Shown piece by piece: positions 55,714 through 64,000 of a stretch of DNA of 64,000 bases. Every line of letters begins with the position of its first letter. Positions within the stretch are counted from its first letter, which is position 1. Origin of the DNA: Candidatus Omnitrophota bacterium (GTDB lineage Bacteria > Ratteibacteria > UBA8468 > MWAK01). Position numbers and translations under genes: made by a program. The stretch spans positions 45,517-109,516 of the forward strand of contig JBDRQI010000011.1 of assembly GCA_043826355.1 (NCBI GenBank). The letters run 5' to 3'. Under the pieces are notes generated by a model that did not search any database, was not told the DNA's origin, and was given only the letters and a program-made list of their open reading frames with translations.

Positions 55714-57407
55714 AATTGCCGAACGTCTGGGGAGAAGACGCGCTCTTTGCGTATTCCGGAATGGAGGGCAGGACCGATTGGAAGCACCCTTTTGTCGCGA
55801 CCGGCCTTTCTTCTCCCGGCAGTTTCGTTTTTCACGTTCAACCGGAAAGAGAATTAATTCTTTCGGCGGCAAAGATAAAGATGTCCGGCGAAGAAATTGT
55901 CGTTTCCGACCTGGTTTTGCTGGACCGGAATCTCTTCGGACTCATCTTCCTGAATAAGGATACTCTTATCGGATTCAGTCCGGGTGTTCCGGAGGTCCGG
56001 TGCCGCGGAAAAGTTATAAGACAAGAGAAACAAAACAGCCTCGTTCACTCTACGGCCGGAGGGCACACGGCCCTGGTTTGGAAACGGACCGCGAGCGGAA
56101 TAAAGTTTGCATTCTCTTTTAATGCGGACAGCCCGGTTAGAGCCAGGAGAAAGGCGGAAAAAGGGTTGGCGGCGGATATAGAGGTCGAAAAGGCTAAAAA
56201 AATCGATTTTTTCCGTCGGTTACCGCGCCCGGCCTTTTCCAGCGAACTTCAAGAGAGAGTCTATTATAAAGCCTGTTCGGTACTCAAGGTGAATACACAC
56301 TCCCGGCAGGGAAAAATTCATTATGCCTGGACCACCCCGGACCGTTACCCTCATAAGGACATGTGGCTGTGGGATTCGGCGTTTCATTCACTGGGAATCC
56401 AATACGTTTCCCGGTCCTTGGCCGAGGATTCCATCAAGGCGGTCCTCCAGTTTCAGGCAAGGGATGGTTTCATCGCCCATCAGATGAATCCGGAAATGGG
56501 ACGGGCGAGCCGCATAACGCAGCCGCCGGTTTTGGCCTGGACCAGCTACGAGCTTTACCGGCGGACCGGAAACAAGGATTTTTTGCGTTATGTCTACCCC
56601 CGCGTGAAAAAGTTCATTGCCTGGCTGTACCGGAACCGGGACGATGACCGCAGCGGTCTGTTGGAATGGAAGTTGAGCGAAGAACCCATCTGCAGGTGCG
56701 GGGAGTCTGGTATGGATAATTCCCCGCGGTTTGACGGACGTTGTGAGCACATGAAAGCCGTTGATTTCAACTGCTTTGCGGTCAGCGAGATGGAATTCTT
56801 GGAAAAGATGGCACAAGAGCTCGGTCTGGTCGGAGACGCTTCATGCTGGCAACGGGAACGGGTCGGTAAGGCCGCCCTGATTAACCGGTCACTCTGGGAT
56901 GACCGCAGCGGGTTCTATTTTGACCGGCAGGCGGACGGAGCTTTCAAAAAAGTCAAGACGGTTGCTTCGTTCCTGCCCCTTTTCGCCGGCATCGCGGATA
57001 AGCGGCAAGCCGCATCGCTGATTGACCATCTGAAAAATCCGAAAGAGTTCTGGACCGGGTTTCCGGTTCCTTCCGTCTCCCGGGATGAATCCGTCTTCTG
57101 CCGGGATATGTGGCGCGGGCCGACCTGGGTCAACTACAATTTCCTGGTCATTGAAGGACTTAAGCGTTATGGATACGGCAAATTGGCCGGGGCAATCGCC
57201 GGAAAGACAATCAAGGAAATAGGCCGGTGGTACCGGAAGACAGGGGTGATCTCCGAATTCTACGATAGCGAGGCAAAACTGGCGCCGGGTCAACTGCAGC
57301 GGAAGGAATGGCTCGGCCATAAGCGCAGCTGGTCTTCGATGAAAGATTACCATTGGAGCGCCGCTTTATACGTGGCGATGGTTCAAAATAAAGCCGGGTA
57401 TCTGTGA
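55710..57407 (+). CDS. GH63/MGH1-like (alpha/alpha)6 glycoside hydrolase
   Basis: WLWDSAFH, TQPPV, ESGMDNSPRFD, WRGPTW, EFYD. Confidence 0.85.
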   Translation: MKLPNVWGEDALFAYSGMEGRTDWKHPFVATGLSSPGSFVFHVQPERELILSAAKIKMSGEEIVVSDLVLLDRNLFGLIFLNKDTLIGFSPGVPEVRCRGKVIRQEKQNSLVHSTAGGHTALVWKRTASGIKFAFSFNADSPVRARRKAEKGLAADIEVEKAKKIDFFRRLPRPAFSSELQERVYYKACSVLKVNTHSRQGKIHYAWTTPDRYPHKDMWLWDSAFHSLGIQYVSRSLAEDSIKAVLQFQARDGFIAHQMNPEMGRASRITQPPVLAWTSYELYRRTGNKDFLRYVYPRVKKFIAWLYRNRDDDRSGLLEWKLSEEPICRCGESGMDNSPRFDGRCEHMKAVDFNCFAVSEMEFLEKMAQELGLVGDASCWQRERVGKAALINRSLWDDRSGFYFDRQADGAFKKVKTVASFLPLFAGIADKRQAASLIDHLKNPKEFWTGFPVPSVSRDESVFCRDMWRGPTWVNYNFLVIEGLKRYGYGKLAGAIAGKTIKEIGRWYRKTGVISEFYDSEAKLAPGQLQRKEWLGHKRSWSSMKDYHWSAALYVAMVQNKAGYL

Positions 57408-57525
57408 CGAACTTTTCCGGGAATGGCAGTTGGACGGGGCGGTGCCCTTTAGCAAGCAGCCGGGTTACGCTGGGATTGAGATTACGCTTTTTTTTCGCAG
57501 ACAACACCATCACCATACCGCATCT

Positions 57526-58377
57526 TTACAACGACAACGGCCCCGGTGTTATCCGTACCGTAAAGGAAAAAGTTTCATCCGGCAACAAGGTGAAGGCGCC
57601 GGTTCTTTTTTTCTCCTCATTAAAACAGCGGCCGGTGTACTCAAGATAGTGGATGTAGTAACTGTCGCCGACAGAGGTGAAAGCATAAAAAAGAGGGTAT
57701 CTGTCCGGAGAAGAAAATTCCACCTGCCATCCTTCGGCATCACTGGCATAGATAAAAGAAGAGGATTCGGCCGCAAGCGATCCGTAAAAAGCCGGCGCGG
57801 GCTTCAGTGCCAGTGATACCACCCCAGCCTCCTGTTTGCCGAGTTTTTCATCCATGACGACAACCCGGTTGAGCGAGTTGGAAGGTGTGTTGTAAAAACC
57901 GATCCAGCCAAACGAAGTTTCCGCTCCTTTATTGAGGAAAGTTTCAGCGATCTCAAAATAGACCTGGTCTCTATAAAAATGGATTTCGGTAATCAGGGAA
58001 ATATCGAGTCCTTTTTCCGGATTTTTATATTCATTTATCTGCTGGATAATAATCTCTTCCGGGGTTTGTTTCTTCAATAGGGACTTCTGCGTCGTCCACT
58101 TACCATCAAGATAAACCGCCTCTTGTTTTCCTTCCCGCAACACGGTTAGAGAAATAATCCCCAGGCTGTTGCAAATGGGACTTGTAGAACCGTCGGACTT
58201 TGCCAGGGAAAGATTAACCAGGCCGCCCGGTGAGATGGAACATTCGTAGTTTGGGTGAGAAACGCCCAGCTTTCCTGATTTTGTAAAACAGGAAATTTCT
58301 TTTTGTTCGCCGTAAGATACGGTACTAAAACTTAATACTAATGTCAACGTCAACCAGACCGTTATCTTTTTATTCAT
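57526..58377 (-). CDS. hypothetical secreted protein
   Basis: N-terminal signal peptide; beta-rich; no motif recognised. Confidence 0.6.
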   Translation of the reverse strand: MNKKITVWLTLTLVLSFSTVSYGEQKEISCFTKSGKLGVSHPNYECSISPGGLVNLSLAKSDGSTSPICNSLGIISLTVLREGKQEAVYLDGKWTTQKSLLKKQTPEEIIIQQINEYKNPEKGLDISLITEIHFYRDQVYFEIAETFLNKGAETSFGWIGFYNTPSNSLNRVVVMDEKLGKQEAGVVSLALKPAPAFYGSLAAESSSFIYASDAEGWQVEFSSPDRYPLFYAFTSVGDSYYIHYLEYTGRCFNEEKKRTGAFTLLPDETFSFTVRITPGPLSL

Positions 58378-58396
58378 CTTTGCCTTTCTCTTTTTG

Positions 58397-61057
58397 CTAT
58401 TTACCGATAAGATGGAATATTTTGCCTCTTTCTTTTCCGGTTAAAGTGGTTTTCCAACTGCCGTCTTTACTTATTTCCCGGCCGGTATCCAGGTCGATTA
58501 CCTGATATTTCCTACCTTCCACGGCACTCTTAAGGACTACTTCAACATCATCGGTAGAGTAATAATCGGCAAAGTAAACAACCATCTCATCTTTGTGCAT
58601 GATCGTTTTCGGCTGTATCCTTGCCGGCAGGTTCCACCGGAGGTTGGTGGCAGAGACCACTTTTACCAGACTGTCGTCTCTCTTTCCGTCATAAAGGACA
58701 TCTTCAACCTGGCTGATAATATTATTCGCCTGGGAGACGTACATCAGGTCGAGGATATCGACACCGCCAAAAGCGTTCCAGAGAAAGTATCCCTTGGCGC
58801 CGCTGGTCACCGCCTCCAGAATAATGTATTTGTTCTCTTCCGGAGGAAGGTTCGGATTGCCCCACTCCCCGGAACTAATGGTTGGTATGTACTTTGCTTT
58901 TTTACCCTTAACCTCTTTTGCTATCCAGTCATGTTTGGCCGCGGTCAAAGGCATATTCCCGTAATTACTGTAGACCATCGAAGCCATGAAATCAAGGGTC
59001 TCAGCCAGCAGGTTGAGGTCTTCTAAATGTTGGCGTTTGGTCTCCATAGCGCTGTTCCCGGCAAAAGTATTAAGTCCAAACGTTGCCCGGGGGTAATCTT
59101 TTTTTATCTGGTTGATAATCATAGCGAGATAGTCGGCAAACTGCCGGCACTTGAAATCTATCCAGATTTTTTCCTGCTCAGGATATTTACCGGGATTTTT
59201 GGCTATCGTCAGGGGCTCTACATATTCAAGGCCGGCCCAGTTTTCCTGAAAGTATTCCCGGAACATCTTTACGGTTCGTTCGGTAAAACTGATCCTGTCC
59301 CCGGAGAGATAAGGCTCGTAATCGGAAAGAAAAGAATCAAAACCCAGGTGTAGCCCTTCCTCGATAAGTTTGATGACATCCTTAATCCATGGTCCGCGGC
59401 TGGTGAAATCGAAATACTCGGTCAATTTGCCTTCAATATCAAGTGCTTTAACATCCGGGTTGACATTCCCCTCGCAGGGCGGATAGAAGTAGCGCCCGCA
59501 AACGCTGCTTATTTCGAACCCTTCCTCGCGCAACCGTTCAAGCCAACTTTTAACCTCCTCCACTGTAATTAAATTTTTACCGTAGTAAACGCCATCCCCC
59601 TCTAATACGGGCGAGAGATTGTGGGTAATGCTGATTTGGTTGAATCCCAGATATCTTAAATTCTTGGCGAACTCAGGCCAATATTTCGTCAGGATATAGT
59701 CGGTCCCTTCCGTTCCCACCATAAATCTTTTAGGCGGTCGGATAGGCGGAATCCTCACTATTTCTACCGGCAGAGTATTTACGGCACTGGTCTTGCCGTT
59801 TAGCGTTCCCCAATAGTAGATATTAAATTTGCCTTCTTTCTCACCGGTGCTCAAAAAGAGGCGGATATGGTAAGCATAGAGGTAGTTGTAACGATGGACG
59901 GAAACGCTGAATGTATACCGGATGTATGGTTGTCCGTCACGGGTCACCGGCGTCTTTGACAGAAGTTCCAGATACTCATAGGCAATCCAGTGGATGCCGG
60001 CACAATAGTCTGCCAGGGTTACCGTGGCAGGCATCTCAAAGGTAACTTGCGGCAGCGGGAACCCTTTTTCCGGAGGTTCCGATTTAAAGGCGAAGTAGGT
60101 CGGTGCAATTATATCCGGTGAAAGATATGTCTGCGCATTGTAGTACTTTACCACAAGATTTTCTCCTTCCGCCGGCGAGTTGTAGTAGTTGTTAACCTCG
60201 TTAAAGGAAACCGTCTTTTTCTCAAAAAACTTAAGCCCGGTTTCCTGCTCCGGTAGGGGGGGAGATAAAGCGACTTCTAAACCGGAACTTTGAATCGCTT
60301 TATTATCCAGTGAGCTAACGGGTAACAGGTAATAAATAATTTTGTAGGAAGGAAGCGGCTGTATTTCAGGATAAAGCATTTCCAGGGTACCGATATCCTC
60401 GGACCCAATCCAGCTGTAGAAAAAAACCGGCATAGGCGAACTGGCCAACAAAAGGCCGGCGCCTTTTTCTTTGTTAAAAAAAGCACACCAGTTTCCTTCT
60501 GCCGGCAGAATGGTAGACTGTATCTGGGTTGAATCCCACGCGGTAGGGTGTATTCCTTCTTTGCCGGAAACAAGAAAAACGTTCTTTTTTCCATCGGCCG
60601 GGCTTACCTTTACGACATTATGCACCCAGGGAATTATCTTGATTGCGCCGGCTACCGGCTCCGTATTTTCAAAGGTTGCTTCTACCTTCAAGCCGTTATC
60701 GAGCAAAGTGTAGGTTTTTACCAGGTTAATCCGGTCAAGAGGCGGCGTCCTGCCTTTTGCCTGAAGGGTAACGCTGTTTTTATCCTGCGCCACCTTTTCA
60801 AAGGGATACTTGCTGAACTCATCGCGGTTTACACCGTGGTAAAGCTGTTCTTTTGCCAGGCCAAGCTGGCTATTTTCTTCAAAAGAGGTAAGGTCTATCC
60901 CTTTTGATTTCATTACGAACGAGGTAATCTTGCCGCCTTCCCGGCAGGAGATAACCGCTTTGATATTCTGGTTTTCCAAAACCACTTCCTGGGCGCTGAG
61001 AATTCCTGTTGCGGAAGCCAAAAGCATTACTAAGGATACCCGTAAAATTCTATTCAT
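58397..61057 (-). CDS. hypothetical secreted protein, possible glycoside hydrolase
   Basis: Signal peptide; mutarotase-like N-terminus; DYEP and TIM-barrel-like C-terminal half. Confidence 0.55.
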   Translation of the reverse strand: MNRILRVSLVMLLASATGILSAQEVVLENQNIKAVISCREGGKITSFVMKSKGIDLTSFEENSQLGLAKEQLYHGVNRDEFSKYPFEKVAQDKNSVTLQAKGRTPPLDRINLVKTYTLLDNGLKVEATFENTEPVAGAIKIIPWVHNVVKVSPADGKKNVFLVSGKEGIHPTAWDSTQIQSTILPAEGNWCAFFNKEKGAGLLLASSPMPVFFYSWIGSEDIGTLEMLYPEIQPLPSYKIIYYLLPVSSLDNKAIQSSGLEVALSPPLPEQETGLKFFEKKTVSFNEVNNYYNSPAEGENLVVKYYNAQTYLSPDIIAPTYFAFKSEPPEKGFPLPQVTFEMPATVTLADYCAGIHWIAYEYLELLSKTPVTRDGQPYIRYTFSVSVHRYNYLYAYHIRLFLSTGEKEGKFNIYYWGTLNGKTSAVNTLPVEIVRIPPIRPPKRFMVGTEGTDYILTKYWPEFAKNLRYLGFNQISITHNLSPVLEGDGVYYGKNLITVEEVKSWLERLREEGFEISSVCGRYFYPPCEGNVNPDVKALDIEGKLTEYFDFTSRGPWIKDVIKLIEEGLHLGFDSFLSDYEPYLSGDRISFTERTVKMFREYFQENWAGLEYVEPLTIAKNPGKYPEQEKIWIDFKCRQFADYLAMIINQIKKDYPRATFGLNTFAGNSAMETKRQHLEDLNLLAETLDFMASMVYSNYGNMPLTAAKHDWIAKEVKGKKAKYIPTISSGEWGNPNLPPEENKYIILEAVTSGAKGYFLWNAFGGVDILDLMYVSQANNIISQVEDVLYDGKRDDSLVKVVSATNLRWNLPARIQPKTIMHKDEMVVYFADYYSTDDVEVVLKSAVEGRKYQVIDLDTGREISKDGSWKTTLTGKERGKIFHLIGK

Positions 61058-64000
61058 TTTTTTAATACGAGATACGTCCAGTCGCCCGGGTCAAGGAAGA
61101 CGTTTAAAATAGTCCCTGCCTGAGATGTCTTGGCCGGCATCGGCATGCAGCCGGGCACAACAACGTCCAGCGCAATTGTATACTGACCGTCAACCGTCAC
61201 GGTTGTGGCCAGGGCTTTTTCCACGTTCAGGTTACAGAGCGCCAGGTGTTTTTCCCCGTCTTTCCCTTCGCGGACAAGGATTTTTAAATCAGCGTCCGGA
61301 GAGACTGCGGTCCTTTGGACTTTCCGGGCCAGGAATTTAGTTAAAGCGTCTTTGACCTCGGGGGACTGTAAAGAGACGTACAAAGACTTATTCAAATAGG
61401 CAACCATCCCCCTGCCGAAATCTTTTATCAGCAGCTCCGGCTCGTTCGACCGGTTTTCACCGGTCGTGAAACCCCAGTCTTCGCTTCCGGTTCTGGCATA
61501 TTTGGGGAAGAGTGTTTTGAAGAGGGATTTATCCGGCGTTAAATCAAATCCGAATTCGTTCGTAAGGCCGAACGGCCCGACCGCAATCAGCGTGCCGCCT
61601 TTTTCCACCCATTGCTTGATTGTCCGGGAAAACTCTTCGGTCAGGTAAACGGCGTAGGGCAGGATGACGACCCGATAATCATCCAGCGCTGCCATCTTAT
61701 CCAGGACCATCTCTTCGGGTATATAATCCTGGGGATAATTGAGCGGCCCCAGTAAAATATTGTGACTATCCAGCATCCCCTTGACGGCCGGGTTGTCAAA
61801 CGGGGAACGCCCCAGGCTGGCCAGGTTGAAGAGGGTGGAACAGGGGTGGATTACGGCAATTTTCGGCTGTTCCGGCTTGCTTTCCAGCAGCGCTTTTTCG
61901 ATAAAGCGGCCCCGGGCGTACATCGGGGCGTATTCCGTCGTGCTCCAGCGGAATATCGTTCCGTCATAATCAATGTTGAAGAATCCGCCGCCGTAGCCTA
62001 TTATGTAAGATACCGGATTATGCAACGGGTAAGAGTTCCACCAGGAAGAATATCGTATATCCCGCAGGAACAAGGTAAAGAAGAACTTGCTGATTTCCCG
62101 CTTGGCAAGCCGTTCATCCTTCAGGTGAGGCAGGGTGTACATCTTGATGTAATTTTCGTTGTATGCCAGCACTTTGCCGAACTTCCGGGAAAGCGTGTTC
62201 AGCAAAACCCACATCGCCTCCTCTGATGCCGGGCTCATATGGTAGGAATAGATATCGGCCGTATTTTCCTTGAAAGCCAAATACTGGCTCCCCCCAATCA
62301 GGGTATACGAAGGGTCGTTCATGACCGGAATCTCCGGCGCGCCCTCTTTCAGGAACGACTTTAATTTCGCCAGGTAGCGGGCGTGGTTCACCCTCTGCCA
62401 GCGCTCGAACTCATAAGTCAGTCCGGATACCATCTTGGGCGGTTGGATAAATTTATCTTCCGGCGGCTCGATATTTTCGAATGAAGCATAGGTCGATTTC
62501 CACTGTGCGTTCAATCCGGCAATGGAACTATATCTTTCCTTCAGATAGTCGCGGAACGCTTTCTTGCCCGTCGTATTATAACCAAGGCTGCGAAATACTT
62601 CTTGATTGTTCAGCATGCACCGGAAATATTCGCTGTTTTCCCAGCCGGTCAGGAAATAATCGGTCATCTTATAGGCGGAGGCGTGCGCGGCCAGGCTTTT
62701 CAGATAATCCCGGTTAAAATCCATCACTTCCGGATTGTTCGGGTTAACGCCGGTGTAGAACGAATAAGCGGCGCTCCAGTGATCTATCCGAAACCCGGTC
62801 AACCCGTCTCTGCTTCGCAGCAGGATATCGTCGTTTGACTTTATTTTATCGATAAGCCAAGGCGGCATCGCCATCCAGTAATTGTGCGTTCCGTAAACCA
62901 TGTCGTATGCGGCCCTGACCCCGTACTCTCCTTTTTCCTCCGAATTGCTGTAACTGGCGTGCATCTTATCCATGAATGTAAAAGAATACCTGCCCGGCGC
63001 GATCAACCCCTCCGCCATGGCGTTTATGTTGGCCCCGGACTGGGAGACCGTATCGAACTCACCGAGAAGCCGGTTGGGCTCGTAATACCGGAATCCGTTT
63101 GCGTGCAGCGTATATGACAACCGCTCGTTTGCGCCGTCCCGGTTGATTCTTTTTTCCGAAGCCGGCAGCGCCAGGGAAAGATTGTTCCAGGGAGATTTTT
63201 TTTGCAGGGTACTTTGCATCAGCGTCAAGGTATGGTCGGCTTTTTCTCCCAGTTCCGTGATTTTGACGAGAATGTCATTAATCCTTGCATCCAGACCAAC
63301 CAGTTTTTCCTTGTTCCAGTCCTGGTCAAAGGCCTCGCCGTATGCCTGGTAGGCGGTATTCAGGGCAATGTCGATAATTTCAGACCGGGCCTTGAAATCC
63401 TGCTCGATTTTCAGCAGGTCCAGGGTTGATTTTTGCCTGTTTTCTCCGGTAATGGCCGTGTAGTATGCCCCTGCTTTACGGACTTGTTCAATCTTATCGT
63501 CCAGATTGGATTTGGCAACCAGCGCGCGGTTGACCGACATCGCTGCCTGGTAGAACTCCGGATAGGATGACTTGGCGTCCGGAATCGGCCAGAGGCTCCA
63601 GCGCTGGGACAACCCGCGCATACCCCATTTTTTGTATTTATCCACCTTGACTGACATCGGGTCGTAGGTCCATAAATCCGACTTCTTCTCGCCCTGGCCG
63701 CGCGCTATCTCATAGCCGGAAACTTCCGGCCGGCGCATCAGCGGGTCTTCTTCGGCCATCACTTTCCAGTAGTCGATGTTGGCGATAATATCGGCTTTGC
63801 TGTAAAAGACCAGCTTTCCGAACCGTTCCCGCTGGGTAAAACCGCCCAGAGACGCCCAGGTTGAAAGCTCGGTGGGCGAGACCGCGTAACGCTCCCTTCC
63901 CACGTTAAAACCCCAGCGCCGGTTATCTTCCGGGTAGGAGGATTTCAAATCGGAAAACGGGATTGCCAGCTCTATGGTCCAGTATAGTTCTGCCCGTTTT
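61054..64000 (-). CDS. GH42 beta-galactosidase-like protein with CBM9-like domain, 5' end outside window
   Basis: Frame is open to the window edge (WTIELAIPFSDL..WGFNVGR); FRDYLKERYSSIAGLNAQW; YRVVILP..WVEKGGTLI. Confidence 0.7.
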   Translation of the reverse strand, partial: KRAELYWTIELAIPFSDLKSSYPEDNRRWGFNVGRERYAVSPTELSTWASLGGFTQRERFGKLVFYSKADIIANIDYWKVMAEEDPLMRRPEVSGYEIARGQGEKKSDLWTYDPMSVKVDKYKKWGMRGLSQRWSLWPIPDAKSSYPEFYQAAMSVNRALVAKSNLDDKIEQVRKAGAYYTAITGENRQKSTLDLLKIEQDFKARSEIIDIALNTAYQAYGEAFDQDWNKEKLVGLDARINDILVKITELGEKADHTLTLMQSTLQKKSPWNNLSLALPASEKRINRDGANERLSYTLHANGFRYYEPNRLLGEFDTVSQSGANINAMAEGLIAPGRYSFTFMDKMHASYSNSEEKGEYGVRAAYDMVYGTHNYWMAMPPWLIDKIKSNDDILLRSRDGLTGFRIDHWSAAYSFYTGVNPNNPEVMDFNRDYLKSLAAHASAYKMTDYFLTGWENSEYFRCMLNNQEVFRSLGYNTTGKKAFRDYLKERYSSIAGLNAQWKSTYASFENIEPPEDKFIQPPKMVSGLTYEFERWQRVNHARYLAKLKSFLKEGAPEIPVMNDPSYTLIGGSQYLAFKENTADIYSYHMSPASEEAMWVLLNTLSRKFGKVLAYNENYIKMYTLPHLKDERLAKREISKFFFTLFLRDIRYSSWWNSYPLHNPVSYIIGYGGGFFNIDYDGTIFRWSTTEYAPMYARGRFIEKALLESKPEQPKIAVIHPCSTLFNLASLGRSPFDNPAVKGMLDSHNILLGPLNYPQDYIPEEMVLDKMAALDDYRVVILPYAVYLTEEFSRTIKQWVEKGGTLIAVGPFGLTNEFGFDLTPDKSLFKTLFPKYARTGSEDWGFTTGENRSNEPELLIKDFGRGMVAYLNKSLYVSLQSPEVKDALTKFLARKVQRTAVSPDADLKILVREGKDGEKHLALCNLNVEKALATTVTVDGQYTIALDVVVPGCMPMPAKTSQAGTILNVFLDPGDWTYLVLKK

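Overview
Bacterial chromosomal window (standard code) from a diderm, probably anaerobic organism (waaA, lptD, lolC/E-lolD, lipid A-type acyltransferase; two 2-oxoacid:ferredoxin oxidoreductases, ferritin/rubrerythrin-like protein). The gene style suggests an uncultured PVC-related lineage, but that is inference only. Bases 1-51,000 hold shuffled housekeeping genes, three tRNAs (Val-TAC, Met-CAT, Arg-CCG), an ECF sigma/anti-sigma module, a PIN/RHH toxin-antitoxin pair fused to cmk, and four type IV pilin/pseudopilin genes interrupted by a GxxExxY gene. Bases 51,000-64,000 encode large, mostly secreted, glycoside-hydrolase-like or unknown proteins. The most unusual content is non-coding. (1) The same ~90-nt structured core lies behind two different tRNAs, each time bracketed by a copy of that tRNA's T-arm (clearly antisense for Val) and a direct duplication of its 3' end from C56. 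(2) Four diverged ~185-bp rod-like hairpins show many compensatory base changes. (3) At least six small palindromic repeat families nest inside each other and insert in-frame into proteins, including prepilin leaders. I saw no transposase, integrase, reverse transcriptase, CRISPR array or rRNA. All calls were made by eye, without database searches.
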